In this document: in pieces, positions 24,862 through 36,438 of the stretch
Layout of the letters: every line of letters begins with the position of its first letter
Position numbering within the stretch: position 1 is the stretch's first letter
Program-made: the position numbers and the translations under genes
Notes under the pieces: model-generated
The model's database searches: none
What the model saw: only the letters and a program-made list of their open reading frames with translations
What the model was told of the DNA's origin: nothing
From: Minutocellus sp. GHC0000111
Lineage: Eukaryota
DNA: 64,000 nucleotides
Assembly (NCBI GenBank): GCA_977018835.1
Contig: OZ361256.1
Location: forward strand, 3,782,001-3,846,000
Reading direction: 5' to 3'

Positions 24862-26097
24862 ATGTCCGCCGCCGCCGCACGCAGGAGAAAGCAATTGGCC
24901 AAGAAGGCCTCCCTTTCGGCCGAGGATGGCGGAGATCCGGTATCTGCCCGCCTTCAATCGCTCTTGGACTCCCCGGACAAGTCCGAGGAGAACGCCTACG
25001 AGGCCCTCCAGCTCGCCCAGAGCCAGGTCCGTCGTGCGGTCAAGACCGGCAAGTACGACGAGGCTACCAAGACGGCGTACGAGGTGTCCCTGACGCTCTT
25101 GGAGAAGATGGGACGGGCCAGCGTGGCCAGTCAGCTCCTCGCCCAGCTGGTCCAGGTGCTGAACGAAACGCACACGGCCTGCACGGACGAGTGGGTTGCC
25201 AAGTTTGGCAAGCTCGACGAGGCGTACCGCAAGGCCGTCGAGGCCGACAAGGCCCTGGAGGATGAGGAGCGCGACCGTCTCGGCCGCCTCCACCTGCAGC
25301 TCCTGCGCAGTGCCGTCAAGTGGTCCGACAACCTCGGCACCGTCCGCTACGGCCACCAGGACCTGCACGAGCTCCTCGGCCGACAGTGCTGGAGGATGGC
25401 CCAGATCTACCAAGAGGAGGACGAGCAGGATGCCAAGGACGCCGCCGCCCACCGGCCGACCGGAGACGACGAGGAGGAGGACGAGGATGCCTCCATCCCC
25501 TGGCTCCGCTGCGAGGCCGTCACGCACCTGAGCTTGGCCGAAAAGCCCGCCGTCATTGCCGAATATTTGAAGACCCTCCCCGGCCCGACCGAGGCCGAGA
25601 CCAAGATGGGCCACACCTGCCTGTCGGCCGAGCGCGACGCCCTCCTCACCCGGTCCGTTCTGGTCCTGTCGGCCGTGGAGAACCTCCGCGACGCCAACAT
25701 CCTCCTCCGCGCCTACATCGCCGACATCGAAACCCGCGACATCCCCGCCCTCCAAAAGTCCTACACCAACAAGAAGGACGGACTTGCCCCCTCCCACGTC
25801 ATCTTCTGCTCGATGCTCCTGCGCATCTGCGAGAAGGAGATGAAGACCGGACCGCTCTTCACGTGGCTGCTCAAGTCGTTCAATTCCGAACTTTCCGGCA
25901 TGTTCAAGCCCGACGTCGTCAAGGCCTACTGCACCAAGATCGGCCGCGTCTACTTCAACATTCAGCCGCCTCCGTCGATGATGAGCACCCTGGAGACCAT
26001 GATGGGTGGTATGGGCGGCATGGGCGGCAACCCCATGGCCGGTATTGACCCTGCCATGATGCAGCAGATGATGGCCCAGATGGGTGGAATGCGCTAA
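24862..26097 (+). CDS. GET4: Golgi-to-ER traffic protein 4 (GET4/TRC35)
   Basis: YEALQL...VRR..K.GKYDEA, AVKWS...YGHQDLH..LG and YCTKIGRVYFNIQPP, with a Met/Gly-rich tail. Intronless with strong GC3 bias. Confidence 0.9.
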   Translation: MSAAAARRRKQLAKKASLSAEDGGDPVSARLQSLLDSPDKSEENAYEALQLAQSQVRRAVKTGKYDEATKTAYEVSLTLLEKMGRASVASQLLAQLVQVLNETHTACTDEWVAKFGKLDEAYRKAVEADKALEDEERDRLGRLHLQLLRSAVKWSDNLGTVRYGHQDLHELLGRQCWRMAQIYQEEDEQDAKDAAAHRPTGDDEEEDEDASIPWLRCEAVTHLSLAEKPAVIAEYLKTLPGPTEAETKMGHTCLSAERDALLTRSVLVLSAVENLRDANILLRAYIADIETRDIPALQKSYTNKKDGLAPSHVIFCSMLLRICEKEMKTGPLFTWLLKSFNSELSGMFKPDVVKAYCTKIGRVYFNIQPPPSMMSTLETMMGGMGGMGGNPMAGIDPAMMQQMMAQMGGMR

Positions 26098-26448
26098 GCA
26101 GTGTGGATGAGAACTCATCCTCTTCAGTATGACGCATGACTCTTTTAGAGAATCGAAGAACACGGATACGGCCATTTTTCGGCGAAGGATGTAATGATAT
26201 TTTGCATGCCTACTAGTATGGTGCGGTTATATATTTATAAGAATACGACATACGCGCCGGTGGACAATTCATTGAGTTCCTTTGTCTCGGAAAGCGAAAG
26301 TTTCTGATGTGAAATTACGTAGGTTTAAATACATCACGCCTTACTTTCTCACTTATCTGAAGCACAGTGGTCTACTTGGCAGGCAGTATCAATCCTCTGA
26401 CTTGACGTGCATGAGGCTGCATTGCTCATACCAGCAAATGCTGCGATC

Positions 26449-27792
26449 CTATATTCGCTGATTGGCAACTGTTTCCCATTCTCCATTCTTTGTCCACTCC
26501 TGTTTGATTTTATCCTGCTGTTCTCGTCGCAATGACGAGTCCCTGGACACTTCCGTTATAGCTGTGACCCAGGCGAATCATTCAGCAAGCCCCCCGCCAG
26601 TCAGTTCGTCTACCTTGAACACTAATTCAAAGTCTTTATCCATTGAATTTGATCTGGAATCTGTTGCATCGACATCCAATCGTTGCGTCCCTTTCAAGAT
26701 GAAATGGAAAGTATCCCCGAGCGTCGTGGGTTCGCACTTGCACTTCTTGTCACCAAGGTAGAATTGGACAGTTGCCGCCTTTTTGTTCCCAGCAAGCTGG
26801 AGGCAAAGAACACCCGACTTTTGAAGCTTTACGAAAAAACGAGCAGTAGAAGATGGTGGTGCATCATGGGGCCCTTTCTCCTTGCTGATGATCTCATCGT
26901 TGACAAGGACAAGACATCCCTGCTTGGCGGTAACGCTTGTCGCTGTAGAATTCGCCTTGTCGGTGCGTTTCCGTTTCTTTCCCTTTTTGGGTGATCGCTT
27001 TGTCGTCGCATCTTGAGAGTCAACTGGCATAGCAATATCAAGGAGGTCATTTTCCTCTCGTTCAAGGAGCTTTCGATCGAAACCAATGCATCCAATATCA
27101 GCGTCAGCATCATCATCGTCGTTATCATTTGCTGCGTCCATTTCAACATCTACCTTGTTTTCACTTCCGGTAACGCCACCTTGATTTTCGAGACCATCAC
27201 ATGCAGAAAGATGGCACATGTCGTTCTCGTTCGAATTAAGATCTAGGGACACAAGCCTCTCCTTGTTTCCATCTGGACTAGAATTATCAAGCTCAAAGCA
27301 TTCTCGTAATAATTGAAAGCTGGACCTCGGCAAGATATTGTCGTGCCAGTCTGTGACATATCCACCATCAAATTGCCGCCCATCATTTGATATTACATGT
27401 ATGGCTAATTCAAAAAGTAGTAGTCTGCACCGCTTCTGAGTTTGCTTGAGAGTTGCCACATCGGCCGGTGACAAAACAACAGTAGCTCCGTTAGCGCCCT
27501 TCCTATCATGCTCGGCATCTTTTTCGTAATCAGGCTCTTGCTCTCTTGGGGCCATCCCCAGCAACAAATGAGCCGACAAGAGGAGACCTCGGTAAATATC
27601 GGCCTGCAGTGCGCACCAGGAATCATTGAAGGCGGGCGAGGTAGTAGCCGCCGACAAAAGACAATCGTATGCCTTGGCAATGCCTGCCACGGTCAACGAG
27701 GATGGAGGGGGCGGATCGAGCAGCTCCATTGCCTCGTTCAGGTGGCATCGGCACTGGGTGGCCGTCGAGGAAGCAGATGCTGCTGCCGACAT
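26449..27792 (-). CDS. Hypothetical protein with possible C-terminal PH-like domain (in-frame TGA at 26578-26580)
   Basis: 404-aa ORF. After the TGA the frame stays open for 42 codons (FAWVTAITEVSR...), resembling the terminal W-containing helix of PH domains. Confidence 0.5.
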
Positions 27793-28050
27793 GACTTACG
27801 CGAAAATCTGGCGTTGTTCAACAAAGCTGGTGTGATCAGTGGCACACCACACCTACACGCTGATACGTTGAGCTTCTCTAATCTCAATAGCCATACAATG
27901 CTACATCCCAACCACGTTGAGCTTCCAACCATGCAGGCTCTGCCGGCCGTCTGCTCCCTCCATCCACATCCACTCTCTAGACTGACACGTCTTTCCGTCA
28001 CCAAAATACGTCTGCTCATCATCATTATTTTCGTTTCGCTCCTCGGCAAG

Positions 28051-29970
28051 ATGGCAACGGCGTGGAGCTGCTGCCTCCCAGCGGCACCCTCACCACCGGG
28101 AGAGGACACCGATCGCAAGAGGGTATCTCTGCCTCTTTGTCCCACCACTAACTTGGTGGTCCACCCGATTCAGCAAATTGAGGATGGCCTCGAGAGACAT
28201 CTCTCCTTTGGGGAACCCTCCGATAACGGGAGCAGCAGAAAGGAAGAGGAGGACGACAATAATATGCTCCTCGATCCGGTCCAGTTTGTGCCCAACGAGG
28301 ATGGTCATCTGCTGAAATGTCGCCGACCAAAGATTAATCGTGATGGGTGTCCATCTGCTACCATGCTTGGTATCGAGGAGAATGCCGGTCTCTATCGGGA
28401 GCACATTCCGTCAGAGCCTGTTGGTGTTGAGATGACCATCTATCGGCCAACGTTGGCCGATGATAAACACAAACAGGGATGCTGCTGCGACCATCCCATG
28501 GGAGATTGGATCCGGGATAGGAAGGAAGGCAAACGCGGTGCCAATGAATTATCAAATGGAAGCAACAATGGCATCGCCAACCTTCGAGTTGTGGATTTCA
28601 CTCAATTTCAGATGCAGCGTCGTTTGGAGTCTGCCTCCAAAACCTCCAAACCAATAATATTCAGCAGTCCTGGCAACGTTTGTCATTTGGTCCGATCGGT
28701 GCTAAAATGTCCAGGCACCTCATCTCATTGTGCATCCCCCTGGTCAAGTCGGTATGTCACTGATACAGCTTGCACCTCATCATCTCCATGCCAACATCGG
28801 CGTGACCAAGTCGTCGCCCTGGTACTATTGGGACACCCAAGTGATACCAAAAATGGCGACGGAGTATGGGAAAAGATTGAGCAGAAGGAGCTTTCGGATC
28901 TAGTCAAGTTTCGGGTTGGCGATGCTAGCCCAAGCTATCATTTACATTCTGTTTCGAAGCTAAGCATACCGAAGAATGCGGACGCGCTGTCATTGTTCGG
29001 TGCAAGCTCGGCTGCTACATGTAGTACCAGTTCTTCCGATACCATGCCATGCAGTACCAGTTCTTCCGATACCATGCCAGTGACGCTGCTCGTTTATCGA
29101 CACTTGACCCCGAGAAAGAATCTGTCGATTACCCATCCCGTGAGTGGCGCTACTGTTGAAAACTCGCAGGACCCGTACTACTTGTGGGAGACCTTTCAAC
29201 CACCGAAGGTTGACGACGATGCCAGCGATCCTTTGTTGACAAAGGTGAACGAAGAGGAGCCGCCTCCAGTACAACACAGGTTAGTGCCCCCTCCCTATCA
29301 ATCTCACCGAGATTTATATCCTGGTCTATTGGACGAGATTATGAAACCTGAAAACATTGCAGCCATTACCGACGAGGCGCTTAGAATTCCACAATGGACC
29401 GCTTGGCCAGAGAAAAATCACTATTCTTCACCTGATGATGATGAGGAAGGCGATGATGAAAGTGAAAGCAGGGAAGACTCTCCCTACCCGGCCACCTGGA
29501 CCGTTTTCCCCCTTTGCCACACATTTCCCGCCAATATTGTAGAAAATCGGAAATGGATCGGAAAGACATGTAACTTTGTTCCAAGGACTGCAGCTCTCCT
29601 CGAAGGTCTAGGCCCTGCGCTTCGAACCGCCCTGTTCAGTCGATTAGAGCCTCGTACAACTCTGTCGGCTCATACTGGATGGGCCGACCTCGCTAATCAT
29701 GTACTGAGACTTCATATACCACTCGTCGTTCCTGGTGGATCGCACAATCTAGGCTTATGCGGTACCTGGGTCGACGGGACCGTCGAAACTCACCGAATGG
29801 GCGAAGTCGTTTGCTTTGATGATAGTAAGGTCCATCGGGCCTTCAACTACACCGATGAGGAGAGGATTGTGCTCATTGTGGATCTGGCCAGGACCGATGC
29901 CTTGCCCTTGGGTACTGCTACGGGCGGCCACACGGAAGAACTAGACAAATTCATCCAAGAATTAACTTAA
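28051..29970 (+). CDS. Aspartyl/asparaginyl beta-hydroxylase-domain (2OG-Fe(II) oxygenase) protein
   Basis: ALFSRLEPRTTLSAHTG, LRLHIPL, FDDSKVHRAFN and RIVLIVD. Confidence 0.85.
   Translation: MATAWSCCLPAAPSPPGEDTDRKRVSLPLCPTTNLVVHPIQQIEDGLERHLSFGEPSDNGSSRKEEEDDNNMLLDPVQFVPNEDGHLLKCRRPKINRDGCPSATMLGIEENAGLYREHIPSEPVGVEMTIYRPTLADDKHKQGCCCDHPMGDWIRDRKEGKRGANELSNGSNNGIANLRVVDFTQFQMQRRLESASKTSKPIIFSSPGNVCHLVRSVLKCPGTSSHCASPWSSRYVTDTACTSSSPCQHRRDQVVALVLLGHPSDTKNGDGVWEKIEQKELSDLVKFRVGDASPSYHLHSVSKLSIPKNADALSLFGASSAATCSTSSSDTMPCSTSSSDTMPVTLLVYRHLTPRKNLSITHPVSGATVENSQDPYYLWETFQPPKVDDDASDPLLTKVNEEEPPPVQHRLVPPPYQSHRDLYPGLLDEIMKPENIAAITDEALRIPQWTAWPEKNHYSSPDDDEEGDDESESREDSPYPATWTVFPLCHTFPANIVENRKWIGKTCNFVPRTAALLEGLGPALRTALFSRLEPRTTLSAHTGWADLANHVLRLHIPLVVPGGSHNLGLCGTWVDGTVETHRMGEVVCFDDSKVHRAFNYTDEERIVLIVDLARTDALPLGTATGGHTEELDKFIQELT
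29020..29079 (+). repeat. In-frame 30-bp tandem duplication (CSTSSSDTMP x2)
   Basis: tg(t/c)agtaccagttcttccgataccatgcca x2. Confidence 0.9.
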
Positions 29971-29982
29971 GGCATCTATAAT

Positions 29983-31833
29983 TTATCGAGCAATCCTAAC
30001 AGCTCCACCGCTCGCCGATGGTGCATTGAGAATGCTCAAGGTGTCATTTCCCTCCCCCTGTCCCCATTGTTTCGCCCAGCCCTTTACAGCTTCAGCAAGG
30101 TTTTCTAATTCAGATATCTCCTCCCAGTATTCTAAGCACCAAGAAAGATAAAATTCTATTTTCTTCTGGGCCAGTTTGTAGCGATTTTGTGCCTTATCAA
30201 GCTGCTCGTCTTTTGTCGGTACCCCCTTTGTCCCTCCACTTGTTGCTTGCGCGGATACCAACAGCTTTGCTGCCTTTGAGCCGCCCCGAAGAATATCTTT
30301 GCCATCAAGCAGTGCTCTCAAAATACCACGGCGGCCTTTCGTTGATATGGCTACAATGTCTCGGCTCAGAACTTCCCACGTCGCATTGCATAGATTCATT
30401 TTTGAGAGCCTGACTGTGCTTTTAGAGCATGAAGTCAACACCTCCTCGATGGAATCAAATCTTGCATCGTTCTCCAGCACAAGCGAAGAACAAAGCAGTG
30501 TCTCGGCAGCCCCAATGGCTGCATCCAATTCACTTTCTATTTGTTCCGTGAGGCCACGAACATTCGACGTGCTTTTTTTCGTTGGCTGGTTGGGTATACC
30601 ATTGTAAAGTCGCAGAGTACATACGACGCCAAACACCACATCGATTGCATTGTATTGGAGTGTATTTGCTTTCGGCTTGCCTCGGTGCAGACGTTTGATT
30701 CCAACAATTCGGTCATCCAAGGTTGGTCCCGAACCGATTTCACTTTCACGATTGGAAGGACCAAATGTAGGAGGCGAAGGAAGAAAGCCCTCTCCGGTAT
30801 CTTGATTATAATGACCATCATTGCAATGCGTAACAATATCAGTAATGCTTGAGGCAGGTACGTTTGTCACTCCGTCATTACCAGCAGACAAAGGGTTCAG
30901 CTCGGCCTCCCACCATGGTCTCCACGGATGTATCAAGTGGCTCAGCTGACCATCTCTCACGGATGCTTCAAAGGCTTCTCGAACATGTGGAGGGAGAGAT
31001 TCTAGCAACGCCACGGCAGCATCATCAACCATTTCCCCTTCGTCGAGAAACGAAATATTGCCGGCTTTGTCAATACCCAACATAGCCTCAGCCAACTGTA
31101 GCAGCTCCTCATCCGTCACAGCAGCTGCCGCATCGCTCATAACATTACCCGATATCTCGTCATCTTGAGCAGCACCAAGAGAATTATCATTGTTGACGGC
31201 AGACCGAGCCAATATGTTGCGCATGGTCTTGGCGTTGTCCTCTCCCTTGATTTCCAGCTTGGTTATCCCCTCGACTCGGCCTCGGTAGAAGGACTCGGTG
31301 CACCGCCCGCCTCCTCCAGTCGTTCCATTTGCGTCACCATCAATCCTCGCCGACTCTGGAACGTCATGTCTGCGGTAACAGTCAACTGAGCAATAGGGTG
31401 CCGAGCACCGGGGGCAGGTATATCTGCCCTCGTTGGTTTGACACGTTGAACAAAGAGGAAAGGCGGAGGTGGATGCTGAGGCGGCAGCAGCGGTGGGACC
31501 GGCGACTGGTGCTGCTTCCTTGTTGTGAGATGGCTGCCCCTTTGCGGGGTCGATTTCAACAATTAGAGGCCCGTTGGGCTTTCTCGAAGGGCGAGTTGGT
31601 TTATGTGAACGACCCTTACGAAGAAATGATGAGGTGGATTGTGTGGTTGCATGCGATGAAGTTGAGGCGTTGGCGTTGGAAACACTCGAGCCCTCGGGAG
31701 CAGTTGAAGGTGGAGGCGGGGGTGAAGGCAGCACGTCTTGTGTTTTTATTGTTCTCTTCCACTTTGGCTGGCCGATCGAAGGAACCAGCGATGGTGCTGG
31801 AGGGTCATATTCTTCGTTGCCCGGCGTTTTCAT
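29983..31833 (-). CDS. ZNHIT2: Zinc finger HIT domain protein, ZNHIT2-like
   Basis: CSTC..RYTCPRCSAPYCSVDCYRRH, CTESFYR, PWRPWW, and KLAQKKIEFYLSW near the C-terminus. Confidence 0.85.
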   Translation of the reverse strand: MKTPGNEEYDPPAPSLVPSIGQPKWKRTIKTQDVLPSPPPPPSTAPEGSSVSNANASTSSHATTQSTSSFLRKGRSHKPTRPSRKPNGPLIVEIDPAKGQPSHNKEAAPVAGPTAAAASASTSAFPLCSTCQTNEGRYTCPRCSAPYCSVDCYRRHDVPESARIDGDANGTTGGGGRCTESFYRGRVEGITKLEIKGEDNAKTMRNILARSAVNNDNSLGAAQDDEISGNVMSDAAAAVTDEELLQLAEAMLGIDKAGNISFLDEGEMVDDAAVALLESLPPHVREAFEASVRDGQLSHLIHPWRPWWEAELNPLSAGNDGVTNVPASSITDIVTHCNDGHYNQDTGEGFLPSPPTFGPSNRESEIGSGPTLDDRIVGIKRLHRGKPKANTLQYNAIDVVFGVVCTLRLYNGIPNQPTKKSTSNVRGLTEQIESELDAAIGAAETLLCSSLVLENDARFDSIEEVLTSCSKSTVRLSKMNLCNATWEVLSRDIVAISTKGRRGILRALLDGKDILRGGSKAAKLLVSAQATSGGTKGVPTKDEQLDKAQNRYKLAQKKIEFYLSWCLEYWEEISELENLAEAVKGWAKQWGQGEGNDTLSILNAPSASGGAVRIAR

Positions 31834-32163
31834 TGGTTCTGGCGTCTTCGACTGGCTGGAACTGCGGCATATTGCAATGCATATCGCATGGCGGCGTAGA
31901 CTGACCGGCGAGAGCGAGATGACGCAAAATCGAAAGATGACTCGATAGGTTCGCACAGACTGGTACTTGCGAACCACTCCTCGCCTTCCTGGCCGGTCTG
32001 GCGATGGCCGGTCTGGCTGGGAAAAGATTCTCAAGTGTCAAAGCTCGACCACGGTTGTGAGAGTGAGTCGAGTCGAGTCGTCAGTTTCTCGATCACTTCA
32101 TTAATCACGTACACTGCAATACTACTACTACTACTACTACCCCCAAAAACAAGATATCGAACC

Positions 32164-33288
32164 ATGATGACGACAACTGGACCAACGCCGACTGCTCCAG
32201 AAGGAGGCTGGAAAGTCGCCACGTCGACCGCTGACAAGATGGATCTTTCATCGATCCCATCCAGCGATGTCTACCTTGGTCTTCTGGAATACAAAGTGAA
32301 GCCCGGCAAAGTGATGGACTTCGCCAAGGGAATCGATGCTACGCAGGGCCAGTTCTACCGTCACCAGCCAGGGTGCATCGCTTATGTTTTTGGCATCTCT
32401 TCGGTCGACAAGGATACAGTGCTGGGCACTGCTATCTGGAGCTCGAAGGAGCTCTTCTACAGCCTTCCCAAGAATCCAAAAGATCTGGAAAAACTCAACG
32501 ACGCCCGAGCTCCATACAAGGCTCTCGTTGAGGACATGCGCATTGCGGAGACCAATGTCGTCTTCGGTGTGGGCCACAACAAGCATCCCGAGCCTCCTGC
32601 TGGAGAAGAGCAGGGACCTAATTTCAAGTGGGATGAGGTGATGGGCACTTACGGTCGTCGCAATGTCGTCCCCAACATTCCCGAGAGCAACGTATACGTC
32701 GTTCGTGTTGAGATGAAGGCACAGCCCGGGAAGGGAGAGGAAGTGGCCAAGGGCCTCGAGGCAACTCAAGGAAGTTTTTGTAAGTGATTAATTTATTTTG
32801 TTTCATTTTTCAGTTGCTCGAGGGATATTGCAATATGAACATTTTCTTTCCATCAACTGATTCTACAATCCATCACTCACAACGCGATATCATTATCATG
32901 ATACAGATCGTACTCAGCCTGGCTGCCACGCATATCAGTTTGGTCTATCTGCGGAGGATGAAGAAAAGGTAAGCCTATCATCTTGTCAGATGCGTCCAAG
33001 TACGTGGACTGCGCCGTTCCTTCACCACTCACCTCCTCTTCTATTTGCCATCTTTTATGAATAATCTTATAGGTCATCGCGATCGCAATCTGGTCCAGCA
33101 AGGAGCTGTTTGATTCCCTCCCAAGTAATGAGAAGGACCTCGCACGCTTGAACGAAGCTCGTGCGCCATACACGGCCCTCCTGGAAAAGGACGGCATTCG
33201 AAGCAGAGACACAACTTGTACCTTTGGTACGAGCTTCTATGAAGATCACATGGAAAATTATAGTCATGGCGTTTCACTTTCGCAGTAG
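32164..33288 (+). CDS. Tandem-duplicated ABM-like (dimeric alpha-beta barrel) domain protein
   Basis: Two internal repeats (VKPGK..F...Y..QPGC.AY.FG.S......AIWSSKELF.SLP...DL..LN.ARAPY.AL). Exons 32164-32780, 32908-32968, 33073-33288. Confidence 0.75.
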
Positions 33289-33541
33289 ATGAATGAATCG
33301 AGATATCAAGATCGTTTATAACATGCACGTTTCTTTTCTTACTAGTACGTACAGTCTTTCCTACACCGAAAGTTCATCGAAAACATCTCAGTACTACGGG
33401 TAGTAACTACGTACCTAGGTAGTAAGTTCGTGGCATTCAGCAGGACGGTATTATTTTACATAATTACTACGAAGTTACAAACAGCAAAGAAATGAAAAGG
33501 TTGCGTGGACATCAACCCTAGCTAACTAGCTAGTGCTAGCT

Positions 33542-34800
33542 CTAGTGAGGAACGGCAGGCTTACCAAAGCCAAAGTTTAAGTTCTTCTCATCAGTCTGAA
33601 CTACGGGCATTTCTTCGACTACAGTGGCCATAGGTACGGAGTCTTTCTTTTTGTCATCTTTGAGGACCTTGGCGTCAGCAACCGGGATGGCTTCGGCTTG
33701 AGCAGGAAGTCCTCTCGAGTCACTACTTGTTGCGGCGCCCTGTTGTTTCTTCTTCCAGACGAATGCAGCTCCGGCAACAATATGACCAGCAGCCAAGACG
33801 CCTGCGAGGGCGCCGCCGGGGGAAAATGAAGACTCCTCCGTGTCTTGGGCAGATTGGAAGCCAGTTTCGTGGCGAGCCTCGGCAAACTTTTGGACGAGAG
33901 ATATTTTCTTGTCACTTGATCGGAAGGTCTTCTTGATGGAATCATGAGTGAGGGAAACTGTTTTCTGGCGTTCCTCGGCTGCTTCGAGCTCGTCGTTTAC
34001 TTCGCCTTCGAGAAGGAGAGTCACAAAACCATTGATAGACACGCAATTAGTCATGCCAATGAGGCAGAAATCTGGTAGAGGATATTTTGATATACATTAG
34101 TGAAGAATAAAATGATGAGAGTGAATGGCACTATCGGATTGAGCAGTGGATGCTGCAACAAAATAGTCATCAGGAAGAGCACTTACTCGTTTGGGATTTC
34201 TTATCTTCGGGTAGAGGGTCGGTGCCAACAATCTTGAGCTGCTGCTCATCGTCCTGTTTATTGAAGAAGAGATTACGGCTGTGTCGAATACCACCCAAGC
34301 GACGGCGAAGGACAGGATCCTCGCATCTGAGCTGATCGGAAACAATGGTGTCGTGGATGTTGCCCTCCATGTCGCGGATCGTGGACGATATGGACTCGCC
34401 AACATCCATCTCAATGGCATAATTGTAGGTAACCACCAAAACCTCAACTGGCTTATCCTCTTCCATGAGATTCGCACATTCCGACTTCAAGGGAACTCGA
34501 TTGTCAAGATATCCCCACTCCTCGCACTCCTTCTCCTTGTGCTTCTTGGACTTCCTCTTGGCCACCTTATCCTCCGTCAGCTTCGACTTTTCCTTTGTCT
34601 TCTTGCTGGCCTTTGACTTCTTCGTCTTGCTCTTTTCCTTTTTGGGTGCCTTGTCCTCTGTCAACGTATCCTCCTTGAACTTTTTGCAGTGCTTCTCTTT
34701 TTTGAGATGGCGGCCAGCAAAGACCGTCGTGCCCGACAAACCATCAACTTCAATTGTGCCGGGCGCAGGTGCTGGTGCAAAATAATTTTGCGCCCGAGGA
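33542..34800 (-). CDS. Single-pass membrane protein with RXL motifs and Lys-rich cluster; 5' end not found
   Basis: ORFs 34170-34835 and 33542-34054 are joined by intron 34186-34072. GRHL is followed by a KxxK-rich tract, then RRRL, a TM helix and WKKK. No ATG or signal peptide was identified upstream. Confidence 0.6.
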
Positions 34801-35013
34801 GAGACAGATAGTATTGGGATAAGTTTATGCAACAATCAACCCGACAAAGGGACTTTTTGGTCTGGGAGATAAATGGGTGAGTTAAGAAGGACGTGATGTG
34901 TTTGTTTGGGTGTACTATTTACTTTTTTGCTCAATCGCGATACTGTTTGTAAAAGTTGGATTATGCAATTCATTTGTTATTGTGCAGTAGTAGTGTAATT
35001 TCATTTTCTAATT

Positions 35014-36056
35014 TTACACATGCCCTGCTCCCATCTCTACATCCTCATCTCCATCGGTGGCCATCATGATCATTTGTTGGCGCTTGTCATCAGTTTCTGC
35101 TTTAACAGCTTCGGTCCTTGTCCTTTTCCTTGTTCTTGCCACCCGAGAGTTTCGCTCCCGCCTCTCCTCGACCTTTGGATTGGATGCCCTCTCCTCAGCC
35201 TTGAACTGCGCCGTCTGTTGGGCCTCACATCCCTTGACGCCCTGAGTCCGACGATCTTCCTTAACGCCCTCTTGGTGGGCTCGCTCTACAAACGATTCGT
35301 CGAGCCAATAGATGCCGCCCCATCCATTCTTCACTAGCCAAATGTGTTGGTCAAAGATGTGATCTTCGAGCAAGTGCCACTTGGGCGTTATGCTAATGCC
35401 GATTGCCCGTGCTTGCTTGAGGGCACTTGCAATCAATGCTTCAAGCTCTCTCACAGCCTTCTTTGCCTCATCATCCCATTTCATGTGCCATTTCAGAAAC
35501 CTGGAGGAACACATTGCGTCAAGAGTGTGGAGCAAATTAGAGCAAGCTTTGCAGAGCTCTTTGATGTCGTCATCCGTCATGCCATCTTCCTCGCGATTGT
35601 GCTCTAGGAGAGTTCCTTTGGTGGAGGTGTTATGGTGGATGAACTCTGTTGTCCTTGGTTTCTTCTTGTTGTTGCCATCAGAAATGTTAACAGATAAAGC
35701 TCTCTCCAGCATTCTGCCAGCACTGCCCTTGTTTTACCTGAGTCGGCCGCCTCAATGCCGGCCTTTTTCAGGAAATGGAAGTGAGGGGCATCGTCATCCT
35801 CGGCATCATCGACAGCTCCCATCTCTGGCTCGCCATCACCGTGCTTCTGACGATTCTTCTCAAAGTGCTGCTGCATGCATGCTTCATGTGTAGCGTCCTC
35901 TCTTGCAATGTCAGCTTCGTCCTCACAACAAGGCACATGGTCCTCGTCTTCGTCGTCGTCCTCACTGATCTCGCCGGCCTCCGTCGTTGTCAGGGTGCCC
36001 ACCGTCCCAACATCGTCGTCATTGTCCCACCCATTGATCCCGTCAATAATTGAAAA
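35014..36056 (-). mobile_element. Degenerate C-terminal fragment of a Transib/Chapaev/RAG1-like DDE transposase
   Basis: ITPKWHLLEDH...GGIYWLDESFVERAHQ matches the TPKxHxxxxH...G...ExxxExxH pattern. It is frameshifted near 35720 and the N-terminal part is missing. Confidence 0.6.
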
Positions 36057-36361
36057 CCTGTTAAGGGAAGGAAGTAAAGCTCACAAAGAAGATAAGGGTA
36101 GAAACTAGCACAAGACATGCTGGTACATAGAGTCTAGTAGGTAAGAAGATACGATCGGACTTCTGCGTCCTTTATAAGATTCATTACACTACCGATCTAT
36201 TGCAATCTCATGGTAGGCATCGAACAATTTTACCGGACAATTTTTCCTCGGATCAGCATTTCCTCAGCTGTCCAAAAATGCACAGAAAGTGTTCACACTA
36301 TGAACGGATCAAAAAAATAATTCAGATTTCAATCTGCAGCATCTTAAGGCCATTTACTCTA

Positions 36362-36438
36362 CTACTTTCTTCTCCCCTCCCATCGCCTGATTATGTCGAT
36401 CTGATAAAAAAACGTCTATGTACATGTAGAAAACTGTC
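36362..36438 (-). repeat. Dispersed repeat, copy A (probable transposon terminus)
   Basis: The reverse complement, GACAGTTTTCTA[CATGTA]CATAGACG...GATCGACATAATCAGGCGATG...GAAGAAAGTAG, aligns with the copies at 38341 and 40508. Confidence 0.8.

Noticed and set aside
24862..26097. High GC in GET4 and the 58-63 kb genes as a sign of horizontal transfer
   Set aside because: GET4 and the sorting nexin are core eukaryotic trafficking genes. Codon bias or local GC variation suffices.
1591..26580. Stop-codon reassignment or programmed readthrough as the cause of the in-frame stops
   Set aside because: All three stop types are involved, each also terminates intact genes here, and two of the four affected genes also carry frameshifts. 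Lesions or errors are the simpler explanation.
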